Shown here in pieces: positions 54,041 to 63,273 of a stretch of 64,000 nt of DNA. Position numbers and translations under genes: made by a program. Positions within the stretch are counted from its first letter, which is position 1. The number at the start of each line of letters is the position of its first letter. Under the pieces are notes generated by a model that worked only from the letters and a program-made list of their open reading frames with translations, was not told the origin of the DNA and searched no databases. This DNA comes from Candidatus Caldarchaeum sp. Lineage in GTDB: Archaea; Thermoproteota; Nitrososphaeria_A; Caldarchaeales; Caldarchaeaceae. The DNA is taken from contig JAVZZH010000001.1 of assembly GCA_038885755.1 (NCBI GenBank), positions 544,558 through 608,557 on the forward strand, written 5' to 3'.

Positions 54041-54514
54041 TCACCACATCCTCCAAGCTTTGTCGGGCGAAACGACCAAGCGACCATCAAGCTCGCCTAC
54101 ATACCGGCCCCATCGTGAGCGATGGCGGACCGCTGGGGCTTCGATGAGGGTGTGGGAAAGGGTCGGCTTCTTGGCGAGCTTGGCTCTCAGCACGACAATG
54201 TCTTTCCGTCCAGTCATCCTCGAGACGAGGTATGTCAACGGGTTTGCCCAAGACTGTATCCCTATGACTATCGAGAACTCGACCAAGCTGCCCATCTCCC
54301 TGCAGGAAAGCACAGCAGTCGTGGCTCCGCTCCTACCCCACACAACCTTTCCTCCTAGAGAGGCGACGGCCCTCGACAACTCTCTGTAAAGATCAGCGAC
54401 GCGTCTCCTTCCTGCAACCGAGCCGAGTGTGTAGAAAACGATGAAAAACACTGCAACTCCAGCCAAAGCAAGCGTCGGGTCGTCAGCCAGCACCACGACT
54501 ATCGTGCTAGTCAA
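54041..54514 (-). CDS. Hypothetical membrane-anchored protein (possibly C-terminally truncated)
   Basis: N-terminal TM helix plus a soluble domain; no family recognised. Confidence 0.55.
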   Translation of the reverse strand: MTSTIVVVLADDPTLALAGVAVFFIVFYTLGSVAGRRRVADLYRELSRAVASLGGKVVWGRSGATTAVLSCREMGSLVEFSIVIGIQSWANPLTYLVSRMTGRKDIVVLRAKLAKKPTLSHTLIEAPAVRHRSRWGRYVGELDGRLVVSPDKAWRMW

Positions 54515-54550
54515 CGCCTTTATATACGGTTAAACAACCGTTTTTGATGG

Positions 54551-56521
54551 ATGAGCAGGCTCCTCTGGAGCCCTTCTGAGGAGACGGTGGAAAAATCCAA
54601 CATCAGAGAGTTCATCGAGTTCGTCGACGACCATGAAGGTCTTGGCATTGAGAGCAGGAAACGAGGTGCTTACTTTGAGCTTTACCGCTGGAGCGTTGAA
54701 AACATTCCATGCTTCTGGAGGAAGGTATGGGACTTCGTCGGCGTAAGGGCTTCGCGGGGGTTTAGCATGGTTGTCGACGACTTGAGCAAGTTTCCGGGCG
54801 CTTCATGGTTCGTGGGGGCTGAGCTTAACTTCGCCGAAAACCTTCTGAGACGGTCCGATGGGAAGACGGCTTTGGCGGCTGTGAGGGAGGACGGCGACTC
54901 GAGGGAGCTTAGCTATCTAGACCTCCGTCGACAGGCCGGAGGTTTGGCTGAGTTTCTCAAGGAGGCTGGAGTAGGTGTAGGGGACAAGGTCTGCGGATAT
55001 GTTCCGAACATCCCCGAGGCCTGCGTAGGCATGCTCGCCGCAACATTGCTCGGAGCCTCTTGGTCCTCCGCCGGAACAGAGATCGGCGTCGACGCAGCCG
55101 TGGACAGGTTCAGCCAGCTAAACCCAAAGGCACTCATAACAGTTGACGGATACATGTACAGGGGCAAGCACTTCAACGTCTTGGAAAGGGTTGAGAAGAT
55201 TGTAAGCCACATACCCTCGGTCAAGGCCGTTGTCGTAGTGCCCTACGCCTCCGACAACCCGGTAGCTGGAAGCATACGCGACTCCGTGCTCTACAACGAT
55301 TTGGGCGAAAAAGACCCTGAGTTCAGGCAGGTCCCAGCATCAAGCCCCGTCTACATAATGTTCTCCTCAGGGACGACTGGAAAGCCCAAGTGCATGGCCC
55401 AGTCGGCTGCAGGGGTTTTGGTAAACCATCTAAAAGACCTCGTCATACACAGCGACCTCAAGCCTGAAGATGTGATAACATACATAACCTCGCCAAGCTG
55501 GATGATGTGGAACTGGCTGATGACCTCTCTAGCGGTTGGCTCAACGATTCTGTTGTACGACGGCGACCCAAACTACCCCGACTGGAAAACAATGTGGAGG
55601 CTTGTTGACGAGCACGGCGTCACCATATTCGGCTGCAGCGCCAGCTACATCAACAGCTTGAGAGGCAGGGGAGCAACCCCTGCGTCGGTGTTCGACCTAT
55701 CGTCTCTCAGAGAGGTTTCTCAGACAGGCTCGCCGCTCTCGGCGGATGGCTTTGAATGGATGTACACCGCTGTGAAGAGAGACCATCACTTCAACTCCAT
55801 CTCGGGGGGCACGGAAATCAACGGCTGCTTCGCCGTAGGAAGCCCGGTCCTGCCTGTCTACGCTGGCCAGCTTCAATCTCCCGCGCTTGGGATGAAGGTC
55901 AAAAGCTACGACGAGAGGGGCGAGCCTGTTTACGACAGGGAGGGCGAGCTTGTCTGCGAGGCTCCCGCTCCCTCGATGCCGCTCTACTTCCTCAACGACC
56001 CCGACAACCAGAGATACTTCGAGACCTACTTCAGCCACTACGCTCACCGAAGGGTCTGGAGGCACGGAGACTACGTCGTGTTCCACAGCGACACGGGCGG
56101 CATAACATTCTTAGGCAGGTCGGACGCTGTTCTCAAGCCTTCCGGGGTCAGGATTGGAACCGCCGAGATATACGCAGTAGTGGAGAAGATCCCTGAGGTT
56201 GCTGACAGCCTCGCAGTCGGGCAGGACGTGATGGGCGGCCAGAGAATTGTTCTGTTCGTCAAGATGAAGGAAGGGTTCCGCCTAACTGAAGAGCTGAAGG
56301 ACCGGATAAGGAGAGAGCTGCGCGACAGGGCCTCGCCGAGGCATGTTCCAGCCGTCATTCTCGAAGCACCCGACATACCTTACACCTTCAACATGAAGAA
56401 GGTTGAGACCGCTGTGTCAAGCATAATCAACAGGAGGAAGGTTGTAAACAGGGAGGCTCTGGCGAACCCAGAGTCTCTCGACTATTTTGAGAAGGTGCTG
56501 CCTCTTCTCGAGGGGATGTAG
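54551..56521 (+). CDS. Acetoacetate--CoA ligase
   Basis: Motifs 'FSSGTTGKPK', 'SWMMWNW', 'ISGGT', 'WRHGD' and 'GRSDA...GVRIGTAEIY'. Confidence 0.9.
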   Translation: MSRLLWSPSEETVEKSNIREFIEFVDDHEGLGIESRKRGAYFELYRWSVENIPCFWRKVWDFVGVRASRGFSMVVDDLSKFPGASWFVGAELNFAENLLRRSDGKTALAAVREDGDSRELSYLDLRRQAGGLAEFLKEAGVGVGDKVCGYVPNIPEACVGMLAATLLGASWSSAGTEIGVDAAVDRFSQLNPKALITVDGYMYRGKHFNVLERVEKIVSHIPSVKAVVVVPYASDNPVAGSIRDSVLYNDLGEKDPEFRQVPASSPVYIMFSSGTTGKPKCMAQSAAGVLVNHLKDLVIHSDLKPEDVITYITSPSWMMWNWLMTSLAVGSTILLYDGDPNYPDWKTMWRLVDEHGVTIFGCSASYINSLRGRGATPASVFDLSSLREVSQTGSPLSADGFEWMYTAVKRDHHFNSISGGTEINGCFAVGSPVLPVYAGQLQSPALGMKVKSYDERGEPVYDREGELVCEAPAPSMPLYFLNDPDNQRYFETYFSHYAHRRVWRHGDYVVFHSDTGGITFLGRSDAVLKPSGVRIGTAEIYAVVEKIPEVADSLAVGQDVMGGQRIVLFVKMKEGFRLTEELKDRIRRELRDRASPRHVPAVILEAPDIPYTFNMKKVETAVSSIINRRKVVNREALANPESLDYFEKVLPLLEGM

Positions 56522-57064
56522 GTGAGCTTGAGGCTCTGCCCCGGATACTGGCTCAGACGTTTGGTTCAGAACCCTTACAGGCTTTTGGAAAACCTCGGCG
56601 TGGCTGAAGGCCATGTCTTCATGGATGTCGGATGCGGGAAAGGCTTCGTGTCTCTAGCCGCTGCCGAAATAGTCGGAGAAAAGGGTTGTGTGTACGCAGT
56701 CGACGTTGAGCAGAAGTATTTGGAGGAGGTGGGGCGGAGGGCTGAGACGTTGGGGCTGAAAAACGTCAAAACCTTGCTTACACCCGCCGAGGTTTTAGAC
56801 GGCGTAGTGGACGAGTCGGTCGACAGAGCAGTCATGATGCTCAGCGTTCATCATTTCGTCGACGCCGGAAAAGCCTTCAGCCAGCTCAGGAAAAAGCTGA
56901 AGCCGTCGGGGCGGGCCATGGTTGTCGACCCGATCTCAAGCCGTTTGCTCGGCCACGGAACCAACCCGTCCAAGGTCATAAACTTGATGGAGAAAGCTGG
57001 GCTTAAGCCGCACAACCTGAGAAAGGGGCTTCTTCTCTGGAGTGCTACAGTCAAGCCTGACTAG
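56522..57064 (+). CDS. Class I SAM-dependent methyltransferase
   Basis: Motifs 'MDVGCGKG', 'VYAVD' and 'LKPSG'. Confidence 0.85.
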   Translation: MSLRLCPGYWLRRLVQNPYRLLENLGVAEGHVFMDVGCGKGFVSLAAAEIVGEKGCVYAVDVEQKYLEEVGRRAETLGLKNVKTLLTPAEVLDGVVDESVDRAVMMLSVHHFVDAGKAFSQLRKKLKPSGRAMVVDPISSRLLGHGTNPSKVINLMEKAGLKPHNLRKGLLLWSATVKPD

Positions 57065-57066
57065 TT

Positions 57067-58575
57067 TCAAAAATGTTTGAGCACAACTTCGTGGTCGGCT
57101 AGGCTGAACAACCCAGCGTAGCCCACCATAGGCTCCATCCCCATCGACCTCTGGTAGTCTGTCTGGTCCTGCCAAGCTCCCGCGTTAAGCAGCACAACAC
57201 CCTTGTGAATTGTTTTGACGGCCACGTGGATGTGGCCTGTCTGCAGAACGTTCGGAGTCTCCGTGATAACCAGCCTGTCCTCGTGCATCGGGAGAAGCTG
57301 GGTGTTTTCGCCGTAGACGGGAGCCAGATGCCTGCACCGCAGCATATATGTGAGAAGCTTGGTTGCGGTTTCTCGGAGGTTGCTGTAGGAAGCCTCTGGA
57401 ATGTATTGGATGAGCTCGTCCAAACCCTGACCGTGGTAGACAAGTATCCTAGCTCCGTCGAGCTCTAGCATCGCAGGGTTTGAAACAAACCGAACACGTC
57501 TCCTGCTGAGAAAAATCTCTCTGTACCTTTTCTGCAGAGGAGGCTGTGGAAGAGCCTTCCTCACGGGCTCGTGGTTGCCGGGGCTGAAGACTATCTCTAT
57601 TCTCTCCGGAACCTCTGACAGAAGCCTCGAAGCCTCCTTCAGCTGGTCTTCCACTTTTCTTATCATCAAGTCTTTCTCCTGGCCGGGGTAAACCCCAACA
57701 CCTTCGACCAAGTCCCCCGCTATGACTAGGTGCGTGATGTGCTTGACGACTCCGTCCCTTCCACGGTTGAGCCAGTCTAGGAACTCGTCGAAAAGGTCTT
57801 GACGGAAATTCTTGCTGCCTACGTGAACGTCCGAGGTGAGGCAGACGTAGGCCTCTACGTCTTTCCTAGGCTTGCCCGTGGTGATGTCATCGACTTCTGG
57901 ATAGACAACTTCTTTCACTATGAGCAGGTCTCCCGCTTTACGTATTTTCAGACCAACAACTACATCGTTGACTATCCCGGACGCCTCCTCGTAGGCCTGC
58001 TGGTTCTTCGTAGGGACGACGACGTTGACTACGCCCGAGGGGTCTTCAACCTCGAGCAAGAGAGAGTTCTTCCGGTCATGCTTCCCAACAACCATGACGG
58101 CGAGGTCGACCTCCGCCCCATCCCTTGCCGCTACAGCTTCAGCTACAGGCGTGTAGTTCATGATTCTTCTCTCCAGCATCCTGCGTATCTTCAAGTATCT
58201 GCTCGTGAAGTATCGCTTGAACTCCTCGACATCACCCTCCAGCCGGTAGTCTTCGTCAATGTAGTTGACTGTTGTCAGCTTAGGAATGTAGGTTTGCTTG
58301 GGTTCTGCGATGGCTCGGTTCTCCATCTCGGCGCGTGTCTCAACATCCTGCAGGGGTCTGAGGTGGACTACGTCTATCACAGCTACGTCGGGAGAGTTCT
58401 TCTTCAACTCGTCTATCGTCCTTAGCAGGGTCTCGAAAGGTTTGTCGCACTCCCTCAGCATGTTCAAAGCAGCTTCAGTTATCTGGAAGCCCTCGCTCAC
58501 AGCTATCGACACCAGCTCCCTGCTCAGCTGACGTCCTCCGCTCAGCAACACTTCGTCACGGCGCTCCGGCTGCAT
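57067..58575 (-). CDS. DNA polymerase D small (proofreading) subunit DP1
   Basis: OB-fold plus phosphoesterase motifs 'SDVHVGS', 'GDLVEGVGVYPGQ', 'GNHE', 'HLAP' and 'GHIH'. Confidence 0.93.
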   Translation of the reverse strand: MQPERRDEVLLSGGRQLSRELVSIAVSEGFQITEAALNMLRECDKPFETLLRTIDELKKNSPDVAVIDVVHLRPLQDVETRAEMENRAIAEPKQTYIPKLTTVNYIDEDYRLEGDVEEFKRYFTSRYLKIRRMLERRIMNYTPVAEAVAARDGAEVDLAVMVVGKHDRKNSLLLEVEDPSGVVNVVVPTKNQQAYEEASGIVNDVVVGLKIRKAGDLLIVKEVVYPEVDDITTGKPRKDVEAYVCLTSDVHVGSKNFRQDLFDEFLDWLNRGRDGVVKHITHLVIAGDLVEGVGVYPGQEKDLMIRKVEDQLKEASRLLSEVPERIEIVFSPGNHEPVRKALPQPPLQKRYREIFLSRRRVRFVSNPAMLELDGARILVYHGQGLDELIQYIPEASYSNLRETATKLLTYMLRCRHLAPVYGENTQLLPMHEDRLVITETPNVLQTGHIHVAVKTIHKGVVLLNAGAWQDQTDYQRSMGMEPMVGYAGLFSLADHEVVLKHF

Positions 58576-58631
58576 AAATCTCTAAGCTGTTGAAATAGAT
58601 TTTTGAACGACGTGTATCCCTGTTTTTATCC

Positions 58632-59924
58632 ATGGTTTGGGTTGCCGGAGCTGAGGCCAGAGTTCTTTTCAGAAGACGTGGCTATACGCCCCACTTCGCA
58701 GAATATGTCGAAGACCCTGTGTCCGGAGAGGAGGTCGTCGTCATGGCGGACCCGCACAGTCGAAGGTCTGCTTTCATCTACGACCCTGTTAAAAACAAGA
58801 TCTTGTGGGAGTTCAGGGTTCCGGGAGAAAGCCTGACGGCCAACCCTCACATAGCCCGCATGGCCACCGAGAGAATTTCAGGGTTCAAGGCGAGGCCGGG
58901 GGATGTTTTGTGCGCAGACTTGGACAACAGGTTCATAGTTGTTGACAGGGTTAAGAAGACGGTTCGATGGAGCTTCAGGCCTGATGACGCCAAGTGGTCG
59001 CATGACTTCATGCCCACGAGGGACCTGCAGGACATGCTGACAACCGATTACTCAACAGGCTACCTGAGGCGCATCAACGCTGAGGGCAGAGTTCTGTGGA
59101 GCGTTAACCTCGGCAAAGGGCTTGCGAAGCTTTCGAGAATCTCTGGAAACACGCCCAGCAGGATACATGGAAACAGCTTCGGCGGAGACGTCCTGGCGGC
59201 GGTCAACCAAGCCTATCGAGGGGTTTACGAGGTTGACGAAGGCCGTGGCTCGATTGCGTGGTCATGCCCACCTCCGAGAGGTTCGAAGAACTGTTTCTTC
59301 ACGCTCAAGCCCCACTCTGCTGTCAGGCTTGGGCTGGCGGAGCTGGGAGGCAACCTCACCGTGTTCAACCACGAGGCTGGCGGAGGGTTCGTCGCCGTCG
59401 ACAAGGACTGCAGGCCTAGATGGGGCGTCATGAAGCCTTTCGCCGTCGTCGGCGGGGATGAGGTTTACAGGCCTTCGTCTACCGGGTTATTCGAGACGAC
59501 TCACGTCTTCCTGACGCCCCACGGACTCGTCGGAATAATCGACTGGGACGGGCCTGATTACTCGACGGTCTACGAGCTGCTCCAGCCACCGCCGAGAACA
59601 TCGCTCTACTGGCTTCTGGCTTGGAGGAGGAAAGCCTCCACTACTCCCGAGTTCCTCGACCCACCCGTCGAGTCGGGCGAGTGGCGTGAAACAGCATTCC
59701 AAGCAGTCAACCATGGTCAGAATAGGATGAGGGTGGACTTCTACACGACCCTGAGCCCTCTGGCGGACACGGTTGACAGCTCCCTGTGGAGGCTGGCCTG
59801 TACTTTAAGGGTTGAGGGCGGCGGGGTCGAGGAGACTGTTGTCTCAGCCTGTTCATCCATCCGTGTGGCCGTCTCGTCGGAGGGAGACACTACCTACAGC
59901 CTGTACGTCGTCAACAGGGCTTGA
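58632..59924 (+). CDS. Uncharacterised beta-propeller protein with C-terminal beta-rich domain
   Basis: Repeats ending in Trp-containing strands (ILWE, VRWS, VLWS, IAWS, PRWG) and recurring (P)H motifs; no signal peptide. Confidence 0.65.
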   Translation: MVWVAGAEARVLFRRRGYTPHFAEYVEDPVSGEEVVVMADPHSRRSAFIYDPVKNKILWEFRVPGESLTANPHIARMATERISGFKARPGDVLCADLDNRFIVVDRVKKTVRWSFRPDDAKWSHDFMPTRDLQDMLTTDYSTGYLRRINAEGRVLWSVNLGKGLAKLSRISGNTPSRIHGNSFGGDVLAAVNQAYRGVYEVDEGRGSIAWSCPPPRGSKNCFFTLKPHSAVRLGLAELGGNLTVFNHEAGGGFVAVDKDCRPRWGVMKPFAVVGGDEVYRPSSTGLFETTHVFLTPHGLVGIIDWDGPDYSTVYELLQPPPRTSLYWLLAWRRKASTTPEFLDPPVESGEWRETAFQAVNHGQNRMRVDFYTTLSPLADTVDSSLWRLACTLRVEGGGVEETVVSACSSIRVAVSSEGDTTYSLYVVNRA

Positions 59925-59980
59925 CGCATTTTCAGACAGCTCTATCAGCTTATCAGCCACGATGACCCACGGGCCCCAGC

Positions 59981-60256
59981 TTGGGCCGGACGTCGTTAAC
60001 CTACAGGCAGAGGCTTGAAGCAGAGATTGAGCAGTGGGCTTCCTTCAAGAGGGCTTTGACTAGGACGGAGAGGGAGACCTTCGAAAGGCTTGTCGACAAC
60101 TCTTTCCGGTACGTCCACGCCGGGACGATGTATCCCATGAGGAACGCTTTCGACGTCTTCCTGATGTCGTCTCTCCTCTCGCACGAGGAGAGGCTCGGAA
60201 TCCTCGAGAAGGAGTTGAAAGCCTCTATGAGGGTCGACGGAAGGCTTATCCCTTGA
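59981..60256 (+). CDS. Small alpha-helical 'MGRT' protein (arCOG07300-like, usually PolB2-associated)
   Basis: 'MGRTSLTYR...W..FKRAL...E...FERL' matches the family pattern as I recall it. Confidence 0.65.
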   Translation: MGRTSLTYRQRLEAEIEQWASFKRALTRTERETFERLVDNSFRYVHAGTMYPMRNAFDVFLMSSLLSHEERLGILEKELKASMRVDGRLIP

Positions 60257-61724
60257 CCACTCCTATGGGAACCAGCCTAGCGACCTTCGTCCCTATTCCG
60301 ACTTGGTGGCTTACCTCGACGACTTCATCGACCGACTTGTAGGCTGCGTCAACCTCCTCGACGACGGTCTCCATGCTGTCGCCCTTCACGTAGATCCCAC
60401 GCCTCTCCAGCTCGTTCAAAACCTGCTCCCCCCTGTAGCGTCTCTTCGCACCGCTCCTGCTCATCTCCCTGCCGGCTCCGTGAGCCGTGCTGCCGAAGCT
60501 AAGGCTCATAGCCTTCTCGCTGCCGAGCAACACCCAGCTGGCGGTGCCCATCGACCCCGGTATCAGCACGGGCTGGCCTACATCCCTGTAGACTTGGGGG
60601 ATGAGGTGATGGCCCGCAGGGAAGCTCCGTGTGGCCCCCTTTCTGTGCACGAAAACGTCGCGGTCGCTTCCGTCGATCTTGTGCTTCTCTAGCTTGACGA
60701 TGTTGTGGCAGACGTCGTAGACTATCTGCATGCCCATGCTGTCTGCGCTCCTCTTGAAGACTTGCTCGAAGCTCTGCCGGACCCAGTGGCTGATGGCCTG
60801 CCTGTTGGCGAAAGCGAAGTTCACAGCGCATCCGAACGCCTTCAAATATTGAGCCGCTTCCTGGCTGTTCGCCGGCGTGCAGGCCAGCTCCCTGTCCGGC
60901 AGCCTCAAGCCGTACTTCGAGACAGCCCTCTCCATAACCCTCAGGTAGTCGCTGCAGATCTGATGCCCGTACCCCCTGCTTCCACAGTGGATCAAAACAG
61001 TTATCTGGCCTTCCTGCGTTATCCCCATGGCCTTGGCCGCTCTCTCGTCGAATATTCTGTCAACCCGCTGTATCTCGAGAAAGTGGTTGCCGCTGCCTAG
61101 GGTTCCTATCTGAGATTCTCCACGAGCCTTCGCCTCACGCGACACGACTTGAGGGTCGGGGTCGGGGACGTTGCCGGCCTTGTAGCTGGGGTACCGGCCC
61201 TCCTCCTCCATCTTCCTAAAGTCATCACTCCAGCCCAGCCCGTACTTGTCGATGACGTACCGGGCTCCTTCAACCGCTACACGGTCGAGGTCAGAATGAG
61301 TGACGGCAAAGTCCTTACGACGGGACCCGAGGCCTGCTGGAACGTTTCGAAAAACGGTGTTCACAAGATCGGTTATCCTAGGCCTAACGTCGTCAACCGT
61401 CAAATTCGTGACCATCAACCTCACGCCGCAGTTTATGTCGTAGCCGACTCCGCCGGGAGATATCACACCCTCCGTCGCGTCCATGGCTGCAACCCCGCCT
61501 ATGGGGAAGCCGTATCCCTCGTGGGCGTCGGGCAGAACAACGGCTTGCTTGACTATTCCGGGCAGGCTCGCCACGTTTACCGCCTGCTCAAGCGTTCGGT
61601 CAGTCTTCATCTTCTCCAACAGCTTCTCCGACGAGTAGATTATCACAGGCACTTTCATGTCTTTTCGATAAGTTGTTGGTATACGCCACGTGTTGTTGGC
61701 TATCTTCTCCAGAGGAGGAACCAT
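60246..61724 (-). CDS. rtcB: tRNA-splicing ligase RtcB
   Basis: Motifs 'PDAHEGYGFPIGG', 'GYDINCG', 'GSGNHF', 'HRKGA' and 'STAHGAGR'. Confidence 0.96.
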   Translation of the reverse strand: MVPPLEKIANNTWRIPTTYRKDMKVPVIIYSSEKLLEKMKTDRTLEQAVNVASLPGIVKQAVVLPDAHEGYGFPIGGVAAMDATEGVISPGGVGYDINCGVRLMVTNLTVDDVRPRITDLVNTVFRNVPAGLGSRRKDFAVTHSDLDRVAVEGARYVIDKYGLGWSDDFRKMEEEGRYPSYKAGNVPDPDPQVVSREAKARGESQIGTLGSGNHFLEIQRVDRIFDERAAKAMGITQEGQITVLIHCGSRGYGHQICSDYLRVMERAVSKYGLRLPDRELACTPANSQEAAQYLKAFGCAVNFAFANRQAISHWVRQSFEQVFKRSADSMGMQIVYDVCHNIVKLEKHKIDGSDRDVFVHRKGATRSFPAGHHLIPQVYRDVGQPVLIPGSMGTASWVLLGSEKAMSLSFGSTAHGAGREMSRSGAKRRYRGEQVLNELERRGIYVKGDSMETVVEEVDAAYKSVDEVVEVSHQVGIGTKVARLVPIGVVKG

Positions 61725-61764
61725 CGGAGACTTTCACCTATCGTTCCAGACTGCTCCGCATGAT

Positions 61765-62979
61765 TTAAACACTCTTCAAAACCTCGTCTAGGCTGGAGAG
61801 CTCCGCTCCAAGGTATTTAGCCGCTATCTCTGGGTTTGGGTCTTTAAGGGCGTGGCCAGTCGCTATGCAGACAACTCTCGAGCTCCTGTCGACAAGCCCC
61901 TCCTCAACGGCTTTCTTAACCCCAGCCAGCGAGGCGGCGGAGGCCGGCTCCACCCCTATACCCTCCTGCGAGGCGAGAAACCTCTGAGCCTCAAGGATCA
62001 GCTGGTCGCTCACCTTCACCCCCAAACCCTCCGACTCCCTAACAGCCTTCAAAGCCTTCCTCCAGTTGACTGGTCTGCCGATCCTTATCGCTGAAGCAAT
62101 CGTCGAAGGCTTTTCGAAAGGTCTTAAAACCTCGTCTCCTCGCCTGACCATGTCCACAAAAGGCGACGCGCCCTCAGCCTGGACGGCGACAAGCCTAGGT
62201 AGGGATTCGACGAGCCCGAGCTCTTCCAACTCCTTGAAGCCCTTCCAAAGAGCTGATATGTTTCCACAGTTCCCCACGGGAATGCTCACCAAGTAAGAGT
62301 CGTGCTTGACCTCTTTCCAAAGCTCGTAGGCCAGCGTCTTCTGTCCCTCGATCCTCCAGGGGTTGACGGAGTTAAGTATGTAGGCGTCGCTGCCGACCGT
62401 CGAGGACAGAACCGAGCTCAAGGCTTTGTCAAATCCCTCGGAGACCTGGATCAGCTGGGCTCCGTGGAGGATTGTCTGGAAAACCTTGCCTGAGGCGACG
62501 CCGTACTTTGGGATGACGACTGCGGGTCTAAGGCCGGCGGCGGCTGCGTAGGCAGCCATGGACGACGCTGTGTTGCCTGTTGATGCGCAGACGACGACTT
62601 TCTTCCCCAGCTCGAGGGCTTTGGTGACGCCGACGCTCATGCCCCTGTCCTTGAAGCTTCCCGTGGGGTTGAGGCCCTCAAACTTGACCAGCACCTCCTT
62701 GACCCCGGCCCATCTAGCGGCTTTCTCGGCGACGTACAGCGGCGTGCCGCCCTCGTCTAGGGAAACTATCCTGTCTCCAACGGGCAGCACTTCTCGGAAG
62801 CTCCACATACCTCTTACACGGCTCCTCCAGACACTTCCAAGCTCGCGTCCTCTCAACTCACCGAGCCCTGTGAGCCTAACCTCCAGCAGCGAACCGCATC
62901 TCCGGCATGTGTAGAGTACTTCCTCAGCCGAGTAGACGGCTTCGCAGGAGATGCAGGATTGTATGGATGCCGGCTTCAC
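61765..62979 (-). CDS. thrC: Threonine synthase
   Basis: PLP Lys in 'NPTGSFKDRG', 'ASTGNT', 'PVGNCGN' and an N-terminal Zn ribbon. Confidence 0.92.
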   Translation of the reverse strand: MKPASIQSCISCEAVYSAEEVLYTCRRCGSLLEVRLTGLGELRGRELGSVWRSRVRGMWSFREVLPVGDRIVSLDEGGTPLYVAEKAARWAGVKEVLVKFEGLNPTGSFKDRGMSVGVTKALELGKKVVVCASTGNTASSMAAYAAAAGLRPAVVIPKYGVASGKVFQTILHGAQLIQVSEGFDKALSSVLSSTVGSDAYILNSVNPWRIEGQKTLAYELWKEVKHDSYLVSIPVGNCGNISALWKGFKELEELGLVESLPRLVAVQAEGASPFVDMVRRGDEVLRPFEKPSTIASAIRIGRPVNWRKALKAVRESEGLGVKVSDQLILEAQRFLASQEGIGVEPASAASLAGVKKAVEEGLVDRSSRVVCIATGHALKDPNPEIAAKYLGAELSSLDEVLKSV

Positions 62980-62992
62980 GGGTTTCTCAGCT

Positions 62993-63181
62993 TCAGGAAA
63001 GGATTAGGAGGGCTGAGCCTAAGACCATCAGCACCACGAAAAACGCCGTCAAAGCACCTATCAACGGAATTCCCGTTATGGCGGTGGTCGAGAGCTGGTA
63101 CAGTACTGAGACGGAGACCGCCAGCAGGGCACCTCCAACGCCCTTAGTCATCAAACGAACGACAGTCTTGGCCGAGACCAA
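62993..63181 (-). CDS. Small two-helix membrane protein
   Basis: 62-aa hydrophobic ORF just upstream of thrC, with a TATA-like ATTTATAAAT upstream. Confidence 0.5.
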   Translation of the reverse strand: MVSAKTVVRLMTKGVGGALLAVSVSVLYQLSTTAITGIPLIGALTAFFVVLMVLGSALLILS

Positions 63182-63273
63182 ACCATCTACTTGCGGAAGA
63201 GCGTCTATTTATAAATTCACCGGGTCTGTCGCAGCATGCAAAGCTTAAGTACGCTGCTGCGATTTCTGCTCTG

